Below are positions 22,240 through 39,655 of a DNA stretch of 64,000 bases, piece after piece. The notes beneath the pieces were generated by a model. It did no database searches and was not told where the DNA came from. It worked only from the letters and a program-made list of their open reading frames with translations. Every line of letters starts with the position of its first letter. Positions within the stretch are counted from its first letter, which is position 1. Origin of the DNA: the human T2T-CHM13v2.0 reference genome, Homo sapiens; NCBI RefSeq assembly GCF_009914755.1, contig NC_060947.1. One strand, given 5' to 3'. The translations under genes and the position numbers were made by a program.

Positions 22240-23391
22240 CTAGTGAAGTGTCCTCAAGATGTGAGCCGGCCAACCCTCCAGACTCCCCTGCGAGTCTCTC
22301 TGTTTGTGCTCTAGTTTGTACTGAACTCATAAAAAAACAAAACAAACAAACAAAAAACCTCCCCATACACATATCCTGCTGGGCCCATACCTCTGTGTGT
22401 TTGCTCATGCTGGCCCCTCTGCCTTAACCTCCCTTTTGCCCCCAATTCCCACCAACCCACATGCTGTCCTTCTTCACCTAGCTAACTCAAACTCATCCTC
22501 CAAGCCTCAGCTCAGGTATCACCTCCTCCAGTAAGCCTTCCCTGACAGTCCAGGGTGATGTCTCTCCTTTGAGCACCTGTGGCCCCCTGTGCTCCCCTCT
22601 GGCATGACACACTGGATAGCACACTGCAATCGTCTATTTCCACCACCACCTTCTCCACCCAATTATGAGCACCTTGAAGCCAGGAACTATATACTAATCA
22701 TAGAATTCTCTGCCTGTGATGGCACAAGGCATGGCACATCCTGGCATGCAATGTTCACTGGACTGACCTCTCTCTCTGAAATGTGGTGAGCTGCCACATG
22801 GTTTCTCCTCCTGTCCTCCCACAGCACAGAGCTTTACAGAGTTATTATTAATAATAATGGCTATCGCTGAGTAAACACATACTGTGTGCTCAGCGCTTCA
22901 CCTACGTCATCTTATTTAATTTTCACAACCATCACAATGAGATGGGTTGTTTATGAATTGGCTGGCATATCAGATATACAGTTGTGAGAGATGCCTCTCA
23001 GATTTATAAGAAAATGTGGGGGAAGAGCCAAGTTAGGTACTTTTCATCACAGATATAATGACAATAATTCTAAAGTGGTTATATGAAGGAAAATATTGGT
23101 TTTATTCAGGTGAATGCAGTATGCTGTATCCTGGAATCCAGCAGGAAATCACAGGGCCTGGATATGCAGTCCTATCACTCCTTTAAAAAGGTATAAAAAT
23201 CACATCGCTCCAACGAAATGCACTAGTGAAACATTAGTGAAATGGTACCTATTAGGTGATGATAGTGATACATTTACATCTAAAATGTTGGAGGAATAAT
23301 CCTGATCAGCCGTGTAGCTCTGGCTTGTCATCTTTGTTTTGAAAGGGATGCGATGCATCGGTCTTTGCATTGTTGTGTGTTTGCCACATTC

Positions 23392-23410
23392 CGCCTCTAG
23401 GGGGCAGGGC
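23392..23410 (+). promoter_or_regulatory. Candidate CTCF motif (forward)
   Basis: cgCCTCTAGGGGGCAGggc fits the CCNCYAGRKGGCR core. Motif only. Confidence 0.5.
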
Positions 23411-24274
23411 AGTCTCATGTATTATTTTCCATTCTCAGCTTTCCAGCCTGATCAGGACCTTGATGTACGGTATGCCAGGCAGCCAGGAAATTTTCTGATA
23501 CAATTTTTTTGAGGGAGGTAGGGGGCTGGCAACATGAATCTCATGCATCAGAAAATACAGTTTTATTCCTATTTACTACTTGAGAAAACTGAGGCTCTGA
23601 AAGTGAAGTGATTTGCCTAGAGTTACACAAAGTCCTTCCATGGCACCACACTTTCTCTGAATGCTAAGGTCCCAGAGAGCTTCAGCTACTAAGCACTGGG
23701 GAATGGGCTTCCCCGTGTAAATGCTTCCAACAGGCAGGCTTGGAGAGAAACCAAATACCATGAGGAAGTTATAGTAACTGGCAAATTATGTTGCCCTAAA
23801 CGAGCTTCCCCAAAAGAGGAAGTAAGTCACTTACTAAGCATTCTTCCCCATGACCAATGTTTATGATCCTGCCAGGGAACACTGCAGTGAGTGAGGCAGA
23901 GGGGCCAAGTCTTATGTCAACCCTGAGATACCATGTCCAGCTCAGGGTCTGAGCTCAAGAAAGGTTTGATGGATAAATAAGCAACTTCCCACTGGGCTGA
24001 GTGAACTGCACACAGGTCCTGTGCAGGCCTCTTTGCTCCTTTCAGAACAGAAGACTTGGCATCGAGGGTCAGGACCACAGCCTGACATGGCAGGGAGAGA
24101 TAATGATCAGCAGATTGGTCTAAATGTCTCCAAAGTCTCGTCCAAGTCTGCTACCTTGACATTCTATGAATCGGAAGGCTGGTGAGCGTGAGAAGAGACA
24201 GCAAAGGCCAAAATGGCTCCAGGGAGCATGAGAAAAAAGCCACAGAAAAGCCAAAAGAATTTATTTTTCCTTAG

Positions 24275-24466
<192 letters not shown>

Positions 24467-25323
24467 TAGGTACCTTTGGCTATTAGTTCAGCAGGACTCA
24501 ATCAGACATTCATTTATCTACTCAGTATTTATTAAGCAGCTACTATGTGCTGTGCTATGTGTTTCCAAGCTTTTAGCTCCTTCACTCATGCCCACAGCAC
24601 CTAACACAGAACCTGACACACAAAATGCACTCAGTATATGTCAGTTAAATGTAAATCTGAAGGGGGTCTCAGTCTAACAGAGGGGACATGAGATGTAAAC
24701 AACCATGAAGGAATAAAAAGGGGCAATGTGCTCATTGAGAGGGTCAAGGATAGACCAAACATCAGAGACACCAGCAAACAGACATAGGAGAGGTAACAGC
24801 TGAGTCCAGCCTGGGAACTGGGTACAGCAGCCCAAGAGAAGGGAACAACATGAGCAAAGACCTAGAGGCTAGCAGAAGGCCTGAGTGGGCTAACCAGGGG
24901 GGCACACGGGTCAGCCTGGCTGGAGCATAGTCTGTACAAAGACGAGAGGAAAAAGGCAAACTGGGGACAGATCCTAAGAAGACCATGCAGGGCAGGCGGA
25001 GGAGTTCTCAGGCCAAAGAGAGAGTGAAACTACTGGAGCTGGACTGCAGAACATGGTCTGGCTGCACCTCATCAGAGGCTTGATGGAGAGAGAGCAGGAG
25101 GGGCAATCTACTAGGAGACCATGGCCAAAATTCAGGGGGTGATGGTGAGAGGGAGCCTGCCTAGAGCAGGGGTCCTGGGAGCTCTGTTGGAGGAAGCTAG
25201 AGCCACATACCTGGAGTAGCTCTGATGTCTTTAAAGCCCACCTGCGGGAGGCAGCGGTGTACCATAGGTTTGGAAGCCAGACAGTTCTGGGCTCCATCTG
25301 CCTGAATAACCTCGGGCAGGTCA

Positions 25324-25822
<499 letters not shown>

Positions 25823-28800
25823 CTATCCAACCTTTCTGGGCCTCAGTTTCCTCATCTGTAAAATGGAGTTAATAACAATATCTACACGAGAGGATTCATG
25901 TGGAGATTGAATGAATTAATACATGGAAAGCGCTTAGAACAAATAGTGCTTAGCACACAGTAAGAGCAGTGAAAAAATGTTAGCTATTATTACATAAAGT
26001 CACATAGCGTGGGGCCTGGCAGAAGGCTGAGACTCACTCGGTACACGTGTGGCCTCTTCCCCATGCTCCAGGCCTTTACTCTGCGCCCAGCAAATTCAGA
26101 GACCTTGGTAGGCAGGGGTGGGACAGATGAGGAAAGGGCAGGCAGCAAGTCTGGTCTGACGTCTTCCTCCCAGCTGCCACCTCCATGAAGGGACCACTCA
26201 CATTCCTTCCATACCCCTCATCCCTCACCCACCGCCCAGGTACTCAAACAGCAGCCTGGCCTGGCCTGATCCCTCCTTCCTCTGAGAACTTCCACTCCTC
26301 ACCATTCTTGCCACTCATTTTGTCCTGAGTGTTGCCTCTATGGCATGGCTAGGCCTGCAACCCTGTCTCCCTGGATGGAGGGGAGCAGGGGTTCTGCAAG
26401 CGCTAAGAGTGCAGTGTTTGCTCAGCCTCGTGGCCCCTCCTGCGCTGTGCACACAGCCAAGAAATGTTTGTAGATGATAACAACCCCATTCTTGCCCCAG
26501 ATCTAGATAGAGAAGCAAGACTCTCATTCTCATTAAATTCAACATTACCATTTCCTCCCACACGAAGATAATGCTCACAACACAGTGGGAGGGAAGATAA
26601 ATGGTTTTCCCTCCTGGGAAGGAGAGACACCCCCTGGGAAAAGTACCCAAGACCCCAAAGGAGAGACTTCCCTGAGCCTCTCCCTGGGCTCACTGTCTCA
26701 CGTGCTGTCTCTCAGTGGCCTTAGCCCCTGCGGGGAGCATGCTGACATCCCACTGCAAGCAGACGACAGCATGTGGTAGACCATACACTGCCCTAGCTGT
26801 CAAGAATACCACGTTGGGCCGGGCGTGGTGGCTCAGCACTTTGGGACGCCAAGGAGGGAGGACCGCTTGAGCCCAGGAGTTTGAGACCAGTCTGGGCAAC
26901 ACAGAGAGACCCCGTCTCTGCTTAAAAGAATTGGGCGGATAGCAACTAGAAGGGCCAGCCTGGTGTTCCTTTTTTGCAATTATTGCTCACTGCAGCCTCA
27001 AACTCCTGAACTCACTTGAGTAAGCTATGTTCGCAACACTGCACTCCAGCCTGAGCAGCAGAGCAAGACCCCTGTCCCAAAAACAAACCAAAACCAAAAA
27101 AAAAAAAAAAAGAAAAAGAAAAAAAACACCACCAGGCCAGCCCCTCTAGTTGCTATCTCCAAGTGTAAGCCAGCTTGCAGGGTGGATGGGGGTGGGGGTA
27201 AAGGAAGGAGAGTTGCCACCATACCAGCTTCAGCCCACCACCGCCTACAGCAGAGCCGGAGCTGGGCCCATGCAAAGAGCGTGGGAAACGCAGCTCTTCA
27301 GCGTGGAGCAACTCAGCAGGGGCCCCTAGCACTCCTATATATCACTCTAGGTGGCAGGACTGCAAGGGGGCCAAGCCAAGATCAACAACAAAAGCAGAGC
27401 TATTCTCTAATCAACCAGGCTTGGGGGGGTATGTGGACAATTCCAGGTAAAAAGACCTGAGCATTAGTCAGGACCAACGACTAAAAAGCAAGCAAACAAA
27501 ACCTTCGCGTACAGAGGACCCAGGACCAAAAGGAGACAGGGACGCATCTCACTCTATCTGCACTAGAAAGGCCACACCCTGAGCACAGCAGAAGGGATAC
27601 TGGCATCCTGGAACCTGTCCAGAGGGGACGGTGCAGGAGGATATGGGAATCCTGGGTGGATGACATGGATGGGGGTGGACATGACAGCTGATGTCCAATG
27701 CAGTAGAGGGAAAGTTCACAGGATTGGGAGTCTGTCTTATGAGTAATGTAACCTCTGGTGGGCTTCACTTCTCTGATCCCCCAGTTTCTTCTGCTGTAAA
27801 ATGTGGATCGTGGTGACAGAAGCACGGGATCATTGGGAGGACTAAAGAAAGTCCCTAGGCACAGCGGGGCCCCCCCAACAAGCTGCAGCTCGGCCCAGGC
27901 ACCACTCTCCCCTCTTCCTCCACCAGGGGGAGCCTGGGGACCAAGAGAGCCCAGCCTGTACCCGCTCTACCTAGCCTCCCCCAATGCTGCAGCCTCTGCT
28001 GCTAAACTCCCACCCTGCCTGCCCTCGCTTCCAGCGGCTTCTCACCCACTCCTTACAAACCCAGAACAGACCTAGCAGGGGAGTCGCTTGCAGTAGCAGC
28101 AGTGACAGCAATGGCTACTGCATCAACAGGCCCTCCTGATGCCAGGCCAGGAGGGAGAGTGGAAAGGAGGGAGACAGAGCCTTCTTCCCTGCCGCTGTCA
28201 ACTCCCCACTCATCCCAGACTCATCTCCTCCTGCTCAAATCCTCTAGAGACCTAAGGCTCTCCTGGCCTCTCCTAGCTCAGTGCCAGGCCAGGTCCTGAG
28301 GCTAAGAGACTCCTGTGGGTTGGAGAGCTCTAGAGAAAAAAATACCAGGCCTTGGAGACAGGAAGACTTGGGTTCTAGTCCCAGCTCCATTAGCAACTAG
28401 TAGGGTAACCTTGAGTGAGGTCCCTTCATCTTGGAGCCTCAGTTTCCCCATCTCTAAAATGCAGTTGCCAACACTCACTGCAGAAGGCTTGTTGTGAAGT
28501 CAAAAAGAGGTAATAATGGGTGTGCAAATAGTTAATATATGGTCAGGAGAGAAACTTAAAGTACTACCTAAACCCCTTTATTAATCCAGTAGGAAATGCA
28601 AAGCAAGGAAACGCAACAAGCAACCTGGGGGGGTTCACAAAAAGAGGGAAGGACCAAGAGGTAGGCCTGCACGGATAGCAGAAACATGGAGCTCAGGAGC
28701 AAACAGGCAACCAGTCAGCCAAGAGATTCAGACCAATGTCTGCAGGGTGGAGAGCCAGAGTCATGGAATCCCATAACTGGGGACGACCCAGGTCATTTCA

Positions 28801-30419
28801 CTGGGCTTTCTACCTGATTCAGGAATCATGCTTCCTCCAGTTCTCCCAGACTCCCACCCGAGCTCCGCTGAGAGCTCCAGGTCCATCCAGCTCCCACCTC
28901 CACCTCTCGAGGCAGTCCACTGCACCACCAGAATGCCAGGTTGGAAAGTTCTTCCTAATCTATCTCAAATGTTCCCACTGTTTCGGGTTCTGCTCACTGA
29001 AGCCACACATAATGAGTCCGCTCCCTCTGTCACAGGCCTGACCCCTCTAGAAAAGTCTTCTGCAGCCAGGCTCGACCATACCCCATGCAGTCTTCCTCTG
29101 CCCCCGGCCCACCATGACCCTCCCTGAATGGACCTTGGTCTACCTCTGTCCCTCTTCCAGTGTGGCGCCCCAAGGCACACAGTCGGTCCTCCCGGACTGA
29201 GCTCGCAGCAGCCCTGCCTGGGCAGGAAAGCCCATTTCCTTTGCCCCCAGACTCCTCAGGGGCAGTCCACACTAAAATTCAGCTTAGGGTGTGCTGCAGT
29301 GGAGCCCAGCCGAGCCCTCAAGCTACAGCTGCTGCTCCTGGGGCCCAGCCATCTCAACCCAGCACCCCAGCCTGCTGCCTCACCACGGGGGAGTTGCAGA
29401 GAGCTGTCTCCCGGCAGATTTCCTGAGGCAGAAGGTTTCCCCACCCCCAGCCCAGCCTCCAAGAGACACTCCACTGGTTGTGGCACATGGTAGGACCAGC
29501 TGAGCAGTGAGAGGAGGGGGAAGCCTGTCCATTCGCTACAGGACTTCAGACTTGCTCTGTAGTGTGGCTGGATTAAACATAGAACCATCAAATCTGAGCT
29601 GGAGGGGTACTTCAAGATCATCCAAGGCAGACCTTGCCATTTAAAAAGATACGGGGGAACTGATGGCCTAAGAGAGAAAGAGACTCAGTCAAGGTCACAA
29701 AGCCAATCTGCAGCAGAGCTGGAAGGGGAACTCAGGTCTCCCAACTCCCAGCTCAGTGTTCCTTCGAATACGGCAGAAAAGAAATAAGGGAGCCTTTAGG
29801 GCAGCCTTGGGAGTCTGCACGCCCTTGACTCTCTCAGCCTGATACATGTAACCCAATCAGCTCACCATGGTATCTACACAGAAAAAGTGGACCCAGCCCA
29901 TGTCCCACCAACCCAAGAGATAGTGCCAAGGTGTCCCAAATAGACACACAGACCCCAGTGCAGGAACTGGAACCGATCCAGCAGAGGGGCAATCTAGACT
30001 TCCCTTCCCGGTAGGGCTCTTTAAATGGGTGTTGTTTTTCTTGAAGGGTGGAGAGGGGGTGGACTTTGAGGAACTAGCCAAGGGCTTGGCCTCCATCTTT
30101 GCTCCCCCATCTTTGCTCCCCCCGGCCAGAATGTGCTGCAGTTCCCTTCAGAGGGATGTCTCAGCCTCCAGCAGCCATTCTGGTCCCCACCTGCCTCTTT
30201 GGTAAGGGATGGAGCTGAGGCGGCCAGAGGAGAAAAGATCAGGCAAAAAGAAAAAGGAAAAAAAAAAAAAGGCGGGGGTGGGGGGCTTTCTCTCCCCTGG
30301 GGCTCTGAGTAGACACCCTCGCCGACCATAAAAATTCCAACCAGCATACCCAAAATAAATAAATAAATGAAAACCTATCTTCTGGCAAGGATGCAGCTAG
30401 GGGTTGAAGAAGTGGAGGC

Positions 30420-31935
<1,516 letters not shown>

Positions 31936-33151
31936 TGGGGATCTTCATCCAAAGCCATCCCGGGAGGAACCCCCATCCCAGGCAGTCCCCAGGTCCCGAC
32001 AACCCGTGGACTCCCCATGCCCTAGGTCTGCCAATCCCAAGCAGTGTCAGATTCCCCTTCCTAGCCAGCCCCTGTGTCTTCTACCTCAGGCGACCTCCCT
32101 CCAGCCCCCATCATGGGCAGTCGTCCCTGAGTCTCCCATCCTGGCCAGTCCCTTGACTGTCTGCAGCTGCCCTCATCCCAGGCATCCCTTGGGACTCCCA
32201 AAGGATGCGCACACACACACTCATGTACAACATCGCAGGCATCTCCCACTCCAGCCAGCCCTTACACTCTCCATTCAAACCAGTGCCCAGATCTCCTACC
32301 CCAGCCAACCCCAGAATCCCCCATCTCAGCCAGTCCCCGGGTCCTCTAACCAAGGCAGTCCAGGATCTCTCAACTCAACAAGCCCTGGGACTCCACATCA
32401 CAGCCAGTCTTGGGATCAAGGCTCCATTCATTCAACCAACCCTCATTTCCTGCTCTCTTTTAGAAATGCTCTCCCCATTCACTCCATCATCCCCATCCAC
32501 TGAAACTGTACCCATCCTTCAAGACTTAACTCAAATGCCACCTTACTGAAGCCAACCCTGATTTCCTCAGCCAGAAGTGCAAGTTGCTGCTCTCTCTCTC
32601 TCTCTCTCTCCCCTCTTGACCTCCTGCTGCACTCCCTATCTTGTGGAATTTGTGGAACAAGTGGAACTTGCTTTACAGCACATTCGTCTGTGTTCTTGTT
32701 TTATGTCCTCTGCCAGACGGAGCTCCTTAAAGACAGAAACGTGTCTTAATTTATCTTTGTGAGCAGGTTGGGTTAGAGGAGAAAACATGAGTTTTACAGT
32801 CAGACAAAACTGGATTTAAATTCCATCTTCTCTCTTAATTTCAATTTCCCTATCAATAACAGCTACCTGACAGGGTGGTCTTGGATAAAAGCATGCAAAA
32901 AACACCTTGCACAGAAAAGACAACCCACAGAATGAGAGAAAGTATTTGCAAATCATGTATCTGATAAGGGACTTGTACGTAGAATATATAAAGAACTCTT
33001 ACAGCAACAAAAAGACAACTATTTTTTTTTAATGGGCAAGGAATTTGAATAAACATTTCTCCAAAGAAGATATACAAATGGTCAATAAGCACATGAAAAG
33101 ATGCTCAACATCATTAACCATCAGGGAAATGCAAATCAAAACCACAATGAG

Positions 33152-34153
33152 CTCTCAGTGCTACCCATCAGGCGTTTCCTGCATTCTCCCATAACCTAAA
33201 GGGAAACTTCCACAATGTCTGGAGCCCTTAATGTCCTGCAGATGAAGGAAGAGATATCCTCAAATTCCTTGCAGCAGAACCCCACTTGAATGGCACCAAC
33301 CTTGACTTCCAAATGGAACAGTACATTACAGAAGGAAAAGTGGTGGCATCTACATCATAAATCTGAAAAGGACCTGGAAGAAGATTCTGCCATTGTTGCC
33401 ATTGAAAACCAGACTGATGCTAGTATTATATCTTCCAGGAATACTGGCCAGTGGGCTGTGCTAAAGTTTGCTGTTTCCACTGGGGCCACTCTTATTGCTG
33501 GGCACTTCACTCCTGGAACTTTCACTAATCAGATCCAGGCAGCCTTCCAGGAGCCACGTCTGCTGGTGGTTACTGATCCCAGGGCTGACCACTAACCTCT
33601 CACAGAGGCATCTTATATTAACTTGCCTATCATTGCTCTGGGTCACACAGAGTCTCCCCTGCACTGTGTGGACACTGCCATCCCATGCAACAACCCAGGA
33701 GTTCCCTCAGGGGGTCTAGTGTAATGGATGCTGGCCCAGGAGGTTCTGCACGTGCGTTGTACCACCTCCCGTGAACACCCATGGGAGTTATGCCTGATCT
33801 CTATTTCTGCAGAGATCCTGAAAAGATTGAAAACGAAGAGCAGGCTGCTGGAGAAAAGGCTGTGACCAAGGAGGAACTTCAGGGTGAATGGACTGCGCCA
33901 GCTCCTGAGTCTACTGCTATTCAACCTGAGGGTACAGACTGGTCTGAAGGCATGCAGGTGCCCTTTGTACCTATTCAATAATTCTCTACTCAAGTTTGGA
34001 GCACTCAGCCTGCCACTGGAGGCTGGTCTGTAGCAGTCACTCTCAGATAGCTGACTGGATAGGAATAACCACTGAGTGGTCTTAAGCTATTCTTCCACAG
34101 GCTCTTGAACAGAAAACAGAAATCAGATTGACGGAAAATAAATATCAGTTTCT
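33152..34153 (+). pseudogene. RPSA (40S protein SA/uS2) processed pseudogene, near full length (probably RPSAP62)
   Basis: 5' UTR aaagggaaacttccacaATG (33215). Degenerate [41 protein letters not shown] and EKAVTKEE. Stop at 34083-34085, AATAAA at 34137. Intronless, with frameshifts and stops. Confidence 0.95.
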
Positions 34154-34154
34154 T

Positions 34155-34157
<3 letters not shown>

Positions 34158-34204
<47 letters not shown>
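34158..34204 (+). repeat. (CA)n microsatellite at the RPSA retrocopy tail position
   Basis: Pure CA run of ~23 units immediately after the RPSA 3' end. Confidence 0.95.
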
Positions 34205-34209
<5 letters not shown>

Positions 34210-34834
34210 GAGATACTACTTCACATCCACTATGATAGCTAAAATCCACAGAACAGACAATGAGAAGTGTTAGCGAGCATGTAGAGAAATTGGAACCCTC
34301 ATTCATTGCGGATGGGAATGTAAAATGGTGCAGTCACTTTGGAAAGCAGTTTGGCAGTTCCTCAAAATGTTAAACATAGAGTTAGCATATGATCCAGGGA
34401 TTCCACTCCTAGGTATATATCCAAGAGAGATGAAAACATACATCTACATAAAAACTTGTACATGAATGTTCACAGCAGCATTATTTGTAACAGCCTGAAA
34501 GTGGAAGCAACCAAATGCTCATCAGTTGATGAATGGATAAACAAAATGTGGTATGACCACACAATGGAATAGTATTCAGTCATTAAAAAGGAATCAAGAA
34601 CTAATACAGGCTAAAACACGGATGAACCTTGAAAACATTATACTAATGAGAAGCCAGTCACAAAAGACCACATATTGTATGATTCCTTTTATATGAAATC
34701 CTAGAATAGGCACATCTATAGAGACAGAAATTAGAGTAATGGTTGCCGGGTCTGGAGTGTGGGTGGCAAAATGGGGAAAGACTGCTAACGGGTATGGGGC
34801 TTTTTTGGAGGGGGATAAAAATGTTCTAAAATGA

Positions 34835-34945
34835 GGCTGGTCCAAAGGCAGTGAGTTATCTCAATTGGTTGTTCACAGTCAATTACAGATCGAACTCCTT
34901 GTTCTACTCTTTTCCCATCTCTCACTACTGCACTTGACTAGTCTT
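34835..34945 (+). pseudogene. Y1 RNA (RNY1) retropseudogene
   Basis: ggctggtccaaaggcagtgagttatctcaattg...actactgcacttgactagtctt matches hY1 end to end. A-tail follows, with TSD aaaatgttctaaaat(g/t)a at 34818-34834 and 34961-34977. Confidence 0.93.
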
Positions 34946-35724
34946 AAAAAAAAGAAAAAGAAAATGTTCTAAAATTAAACTATGATGATGGTTGCACAAT
35001 CCTGCCCATATACTAAAAACCACTGAATTGTACCCTTTACAAGGGTGAATTTTATGGTATATAAATTATATCTCAATAAAGCTTTATTAAAAAAAACACC
35101 TTGCACAGAGCTATCACATAACAACACCTACAATGGTAATAGTTAACATGTCTCTGGCGCTTACTGTGTGCCAGGCACTGTGCTACACACTTTACATATA
35201 AGGACTCACTTAACCCTCATGACAATCCTATGTGGTAGGTACTATTATTACCTCCCATCTTACAGATGAGGGAAGTGAAACAGAGAGGTTGAGTGACTTG
35301 CCCAGGGTCACACAGAGGCATAGTGAGGATACTCAGATGATTCATTCTCACTTCTCACTTTATATTTTCCCTCAGTACCTTGTACAAAATAAGTGCTCCA
35401 TAAATGTTAAAGTAATACAGTATATCCACCAAATATGTCCATTCATCCAACAAACACTAGCAGAACATTATGTTCTAGGCAATGCGTATGTTTCCGTCCT
35501 TATCTTGTTTCTTCTATTGTTCAGATGCCCTCTGGGGTTAAAGCAGATGGGTATTTAGATTTATTTACAAACTATTTTGTCTACAATAAGTAAAGTACTG
35601 CTGTCCACCACTGAGGATATAGCAATGAACAAAATAGGACAACGATCCTTAACCTCATAGCGCTAACATTCTAGTGGCAGAGACAGACAAGAAGCAAATG
35701 GAATATGTAGGGCGCACTGGATGG

Positions 35725-36173
35725 TGAATGAGGTTGAATAATGTCCCCCCAAAATTAATATCCACACAGAAACTGAATGTGACCTTATTTGAAATAAGGG
35801 TCTTTGCCGACGTAATCAACTTAAGATGAGGTCACACTGGATGAGTACAGGCCTTAATCCAATGACTAGTGTCCTTAAAAGAAGGAAAATTAGATGCAGA
35901 AACACACATACGTGAAGAGAACGCCGCATGAATCTAGCAGTAGAGATTGGAAAGATGAATCTATAAGCCGAGGAATGCCAAGGACTGCCACAGCCACTAG
36001 ATGCTGTAAACGGCAAGGAAGGATTCTCTCCTAGAGCCTTCAGAGGGAGCATGGCCGCGCTGACACCTGGATTTTGGACTCTCAGCCTCCAGGGCTGTGA
36101 GGGAAACCACTTCTGTTGTTATAAGCACCCTGTCTGTGGTATTTTGTTATGGCAGCCCTGGGACACTAATACA
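35725..36173 (+). mobile_element. MaLR solo LTR (MLT1B/C-like)
   Basis: TG...CA ends, motifs gtgaccttatttgaaataagggtctttgc and ttctgttgttataagc...ctaataca. Approximate 5-bp TSD gatgg/aatgg. Confidence 0.8.
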
Positions 36174-37068
36174 AATGGTGACAGGTGCTCTGGAGAAAGA
36201 CAAGGCAGCAAAAGATGATAGAGAGGCTTCGGTGAATCAGATATAGCCTCTGCCCTCAGGGAGCTCCCAACCTACTCAGAGAGCCACAACAATAAGTCAC
36301 AAACATGACTAATGAGACAGAATGTACAAAACACTAGAGCTGAGGTACAAGGATGGCGGGGAAGGGTTGGGAGGTCTTTATGGATGTGAAAGTCCTTGAG
36401 CTAAGCTAGGATTTCAACAGGTAGAAGGTACTAGAACTGGGCAAGACCTGCTAATAGGAACCCTGTGCCTGTGAGGAAAGGAACAGGGTCAGGAAAACAG
36501 TGTCTGTTTAGGGAACCACATGTAGTTTGGTTGAAGACAGCGCAAGAGACGTGTGTGGTGTGTGTATGTATGTGTGTAGCAAGGGATGGGAGATGGGAAG
36601 ACAGAGCTTGATTCAGCTTAGAGAAAACTCCATTGCCAAACTGAAGGATCTGGATCTTCCCTTATAGGCAATGAAAAGCCATGAAAGGTTTTTGAACAGG
36701 AGAGTGACACGGTAGGGAGAGTGACATGGTGGGAGGGGAGGGGCCCACGTGGATATTGCACGCACCAAGTATCACACACTACAAGGTGAGTTTAGCATTG
36801 GTTCATTGTTGTTGTTCATCAGAAACTGTGGTACTACCTTCTTTACCCACCTGCTGCCTCCCAGAGTCATTTCCCAGAAGCCTCAGTCCCTGGGACCAGC
36901 TTTGCCAAGCAACGTGGAGCTAGAGCAGAAAAGAGCCTTAAAAACCACATCTCACCACTGCCAGGATCTAGTCAACAAGAACCCGTCAGAATACTGAGAA
37001 CCATGAAGCATTTGCCTCAGATCCAAAGGTGGCATCTGTTCAAATTGGTTTTTCCTACTGGATCCTCA

Positions 37069-37570
<502 letters not shown>

Positions 37571-38234
37571 CTATGATCAGTCACCACTAGGATATGACCC
37601 TTTTCTCAGGCTATTTCCTGCGGTCTGGTGTTCCAGAGTCTTAAGATTGCAGACTTTAGAGGGCAGAAAGGTAGGAAAGTAACCATCTGTGAGGAACATA
37701 GAAGAAAAAAGAAAAGGAAAAGGAAGATTCTCTTCTCTGTGGGGATCCCTAAAGAGATAGCGGTGCTTAAAACTGAGACGGCATTTGGCTAATTAATTAA
37801 TTATCCTTCCAGCCCCCTTTCCCCTAGTGGGGGAAGGGGTGAGATGTAACCAAAATACCTATCAGTCTCAAACAGCTGCACAGAAAGCAATTCTAATAGG
37901 CAAGTCTGGGGTTTCGTTTTAGGAAAATTTTCTCTCTGAAGATGATTTGTAAGCTTGATCCTGTCAGAACATAAAACCACATAACCCAATGTGTTTCCAA
38001 TTTTGTCCTAGCTGCCATAAAACTTTGAGCCAAATTCAGAGTCCAATTATAATCCAGTTCATTTTAGGTACCTGGCAACATCTATTCGTGCTTCCTTTAC
38101 ATGGTATCTGGTCTGTTTTCTTCCACATTTTTATCCCTAATTGTCTTTCTTTCATGTTATAAACTGATGAGTCGCCTAATATCCTCTTTAAAGTAGGCGG
38201 GATATAAATCTTACATAAACTAAATTATATTTAC

Positions 38235-39655
<1,421 letters not shown>

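Larger units (their letters stand above)
32916..35090 (+). mobile_element. 5'-truncated L1 (L1MB-like 3' end) hosting the RPSA and Y1 retrocopies
   Basis: L1 ORF2-end/3' UTR motifs (atttgcaaatcatgtatctgataaggg, gaaaagatgctcaacatca, aataaa at the 3' end). TSD aaaaaacaccttgcacaga at 32897-32915 and 35091-35109. Confidence 0.85.

Noticed and set aside
26934-26976. Possible small Pol III RNA (ends in a T-run)
   Set aside because: Better explained as an inverted copy of the flank at ~27130-27157.
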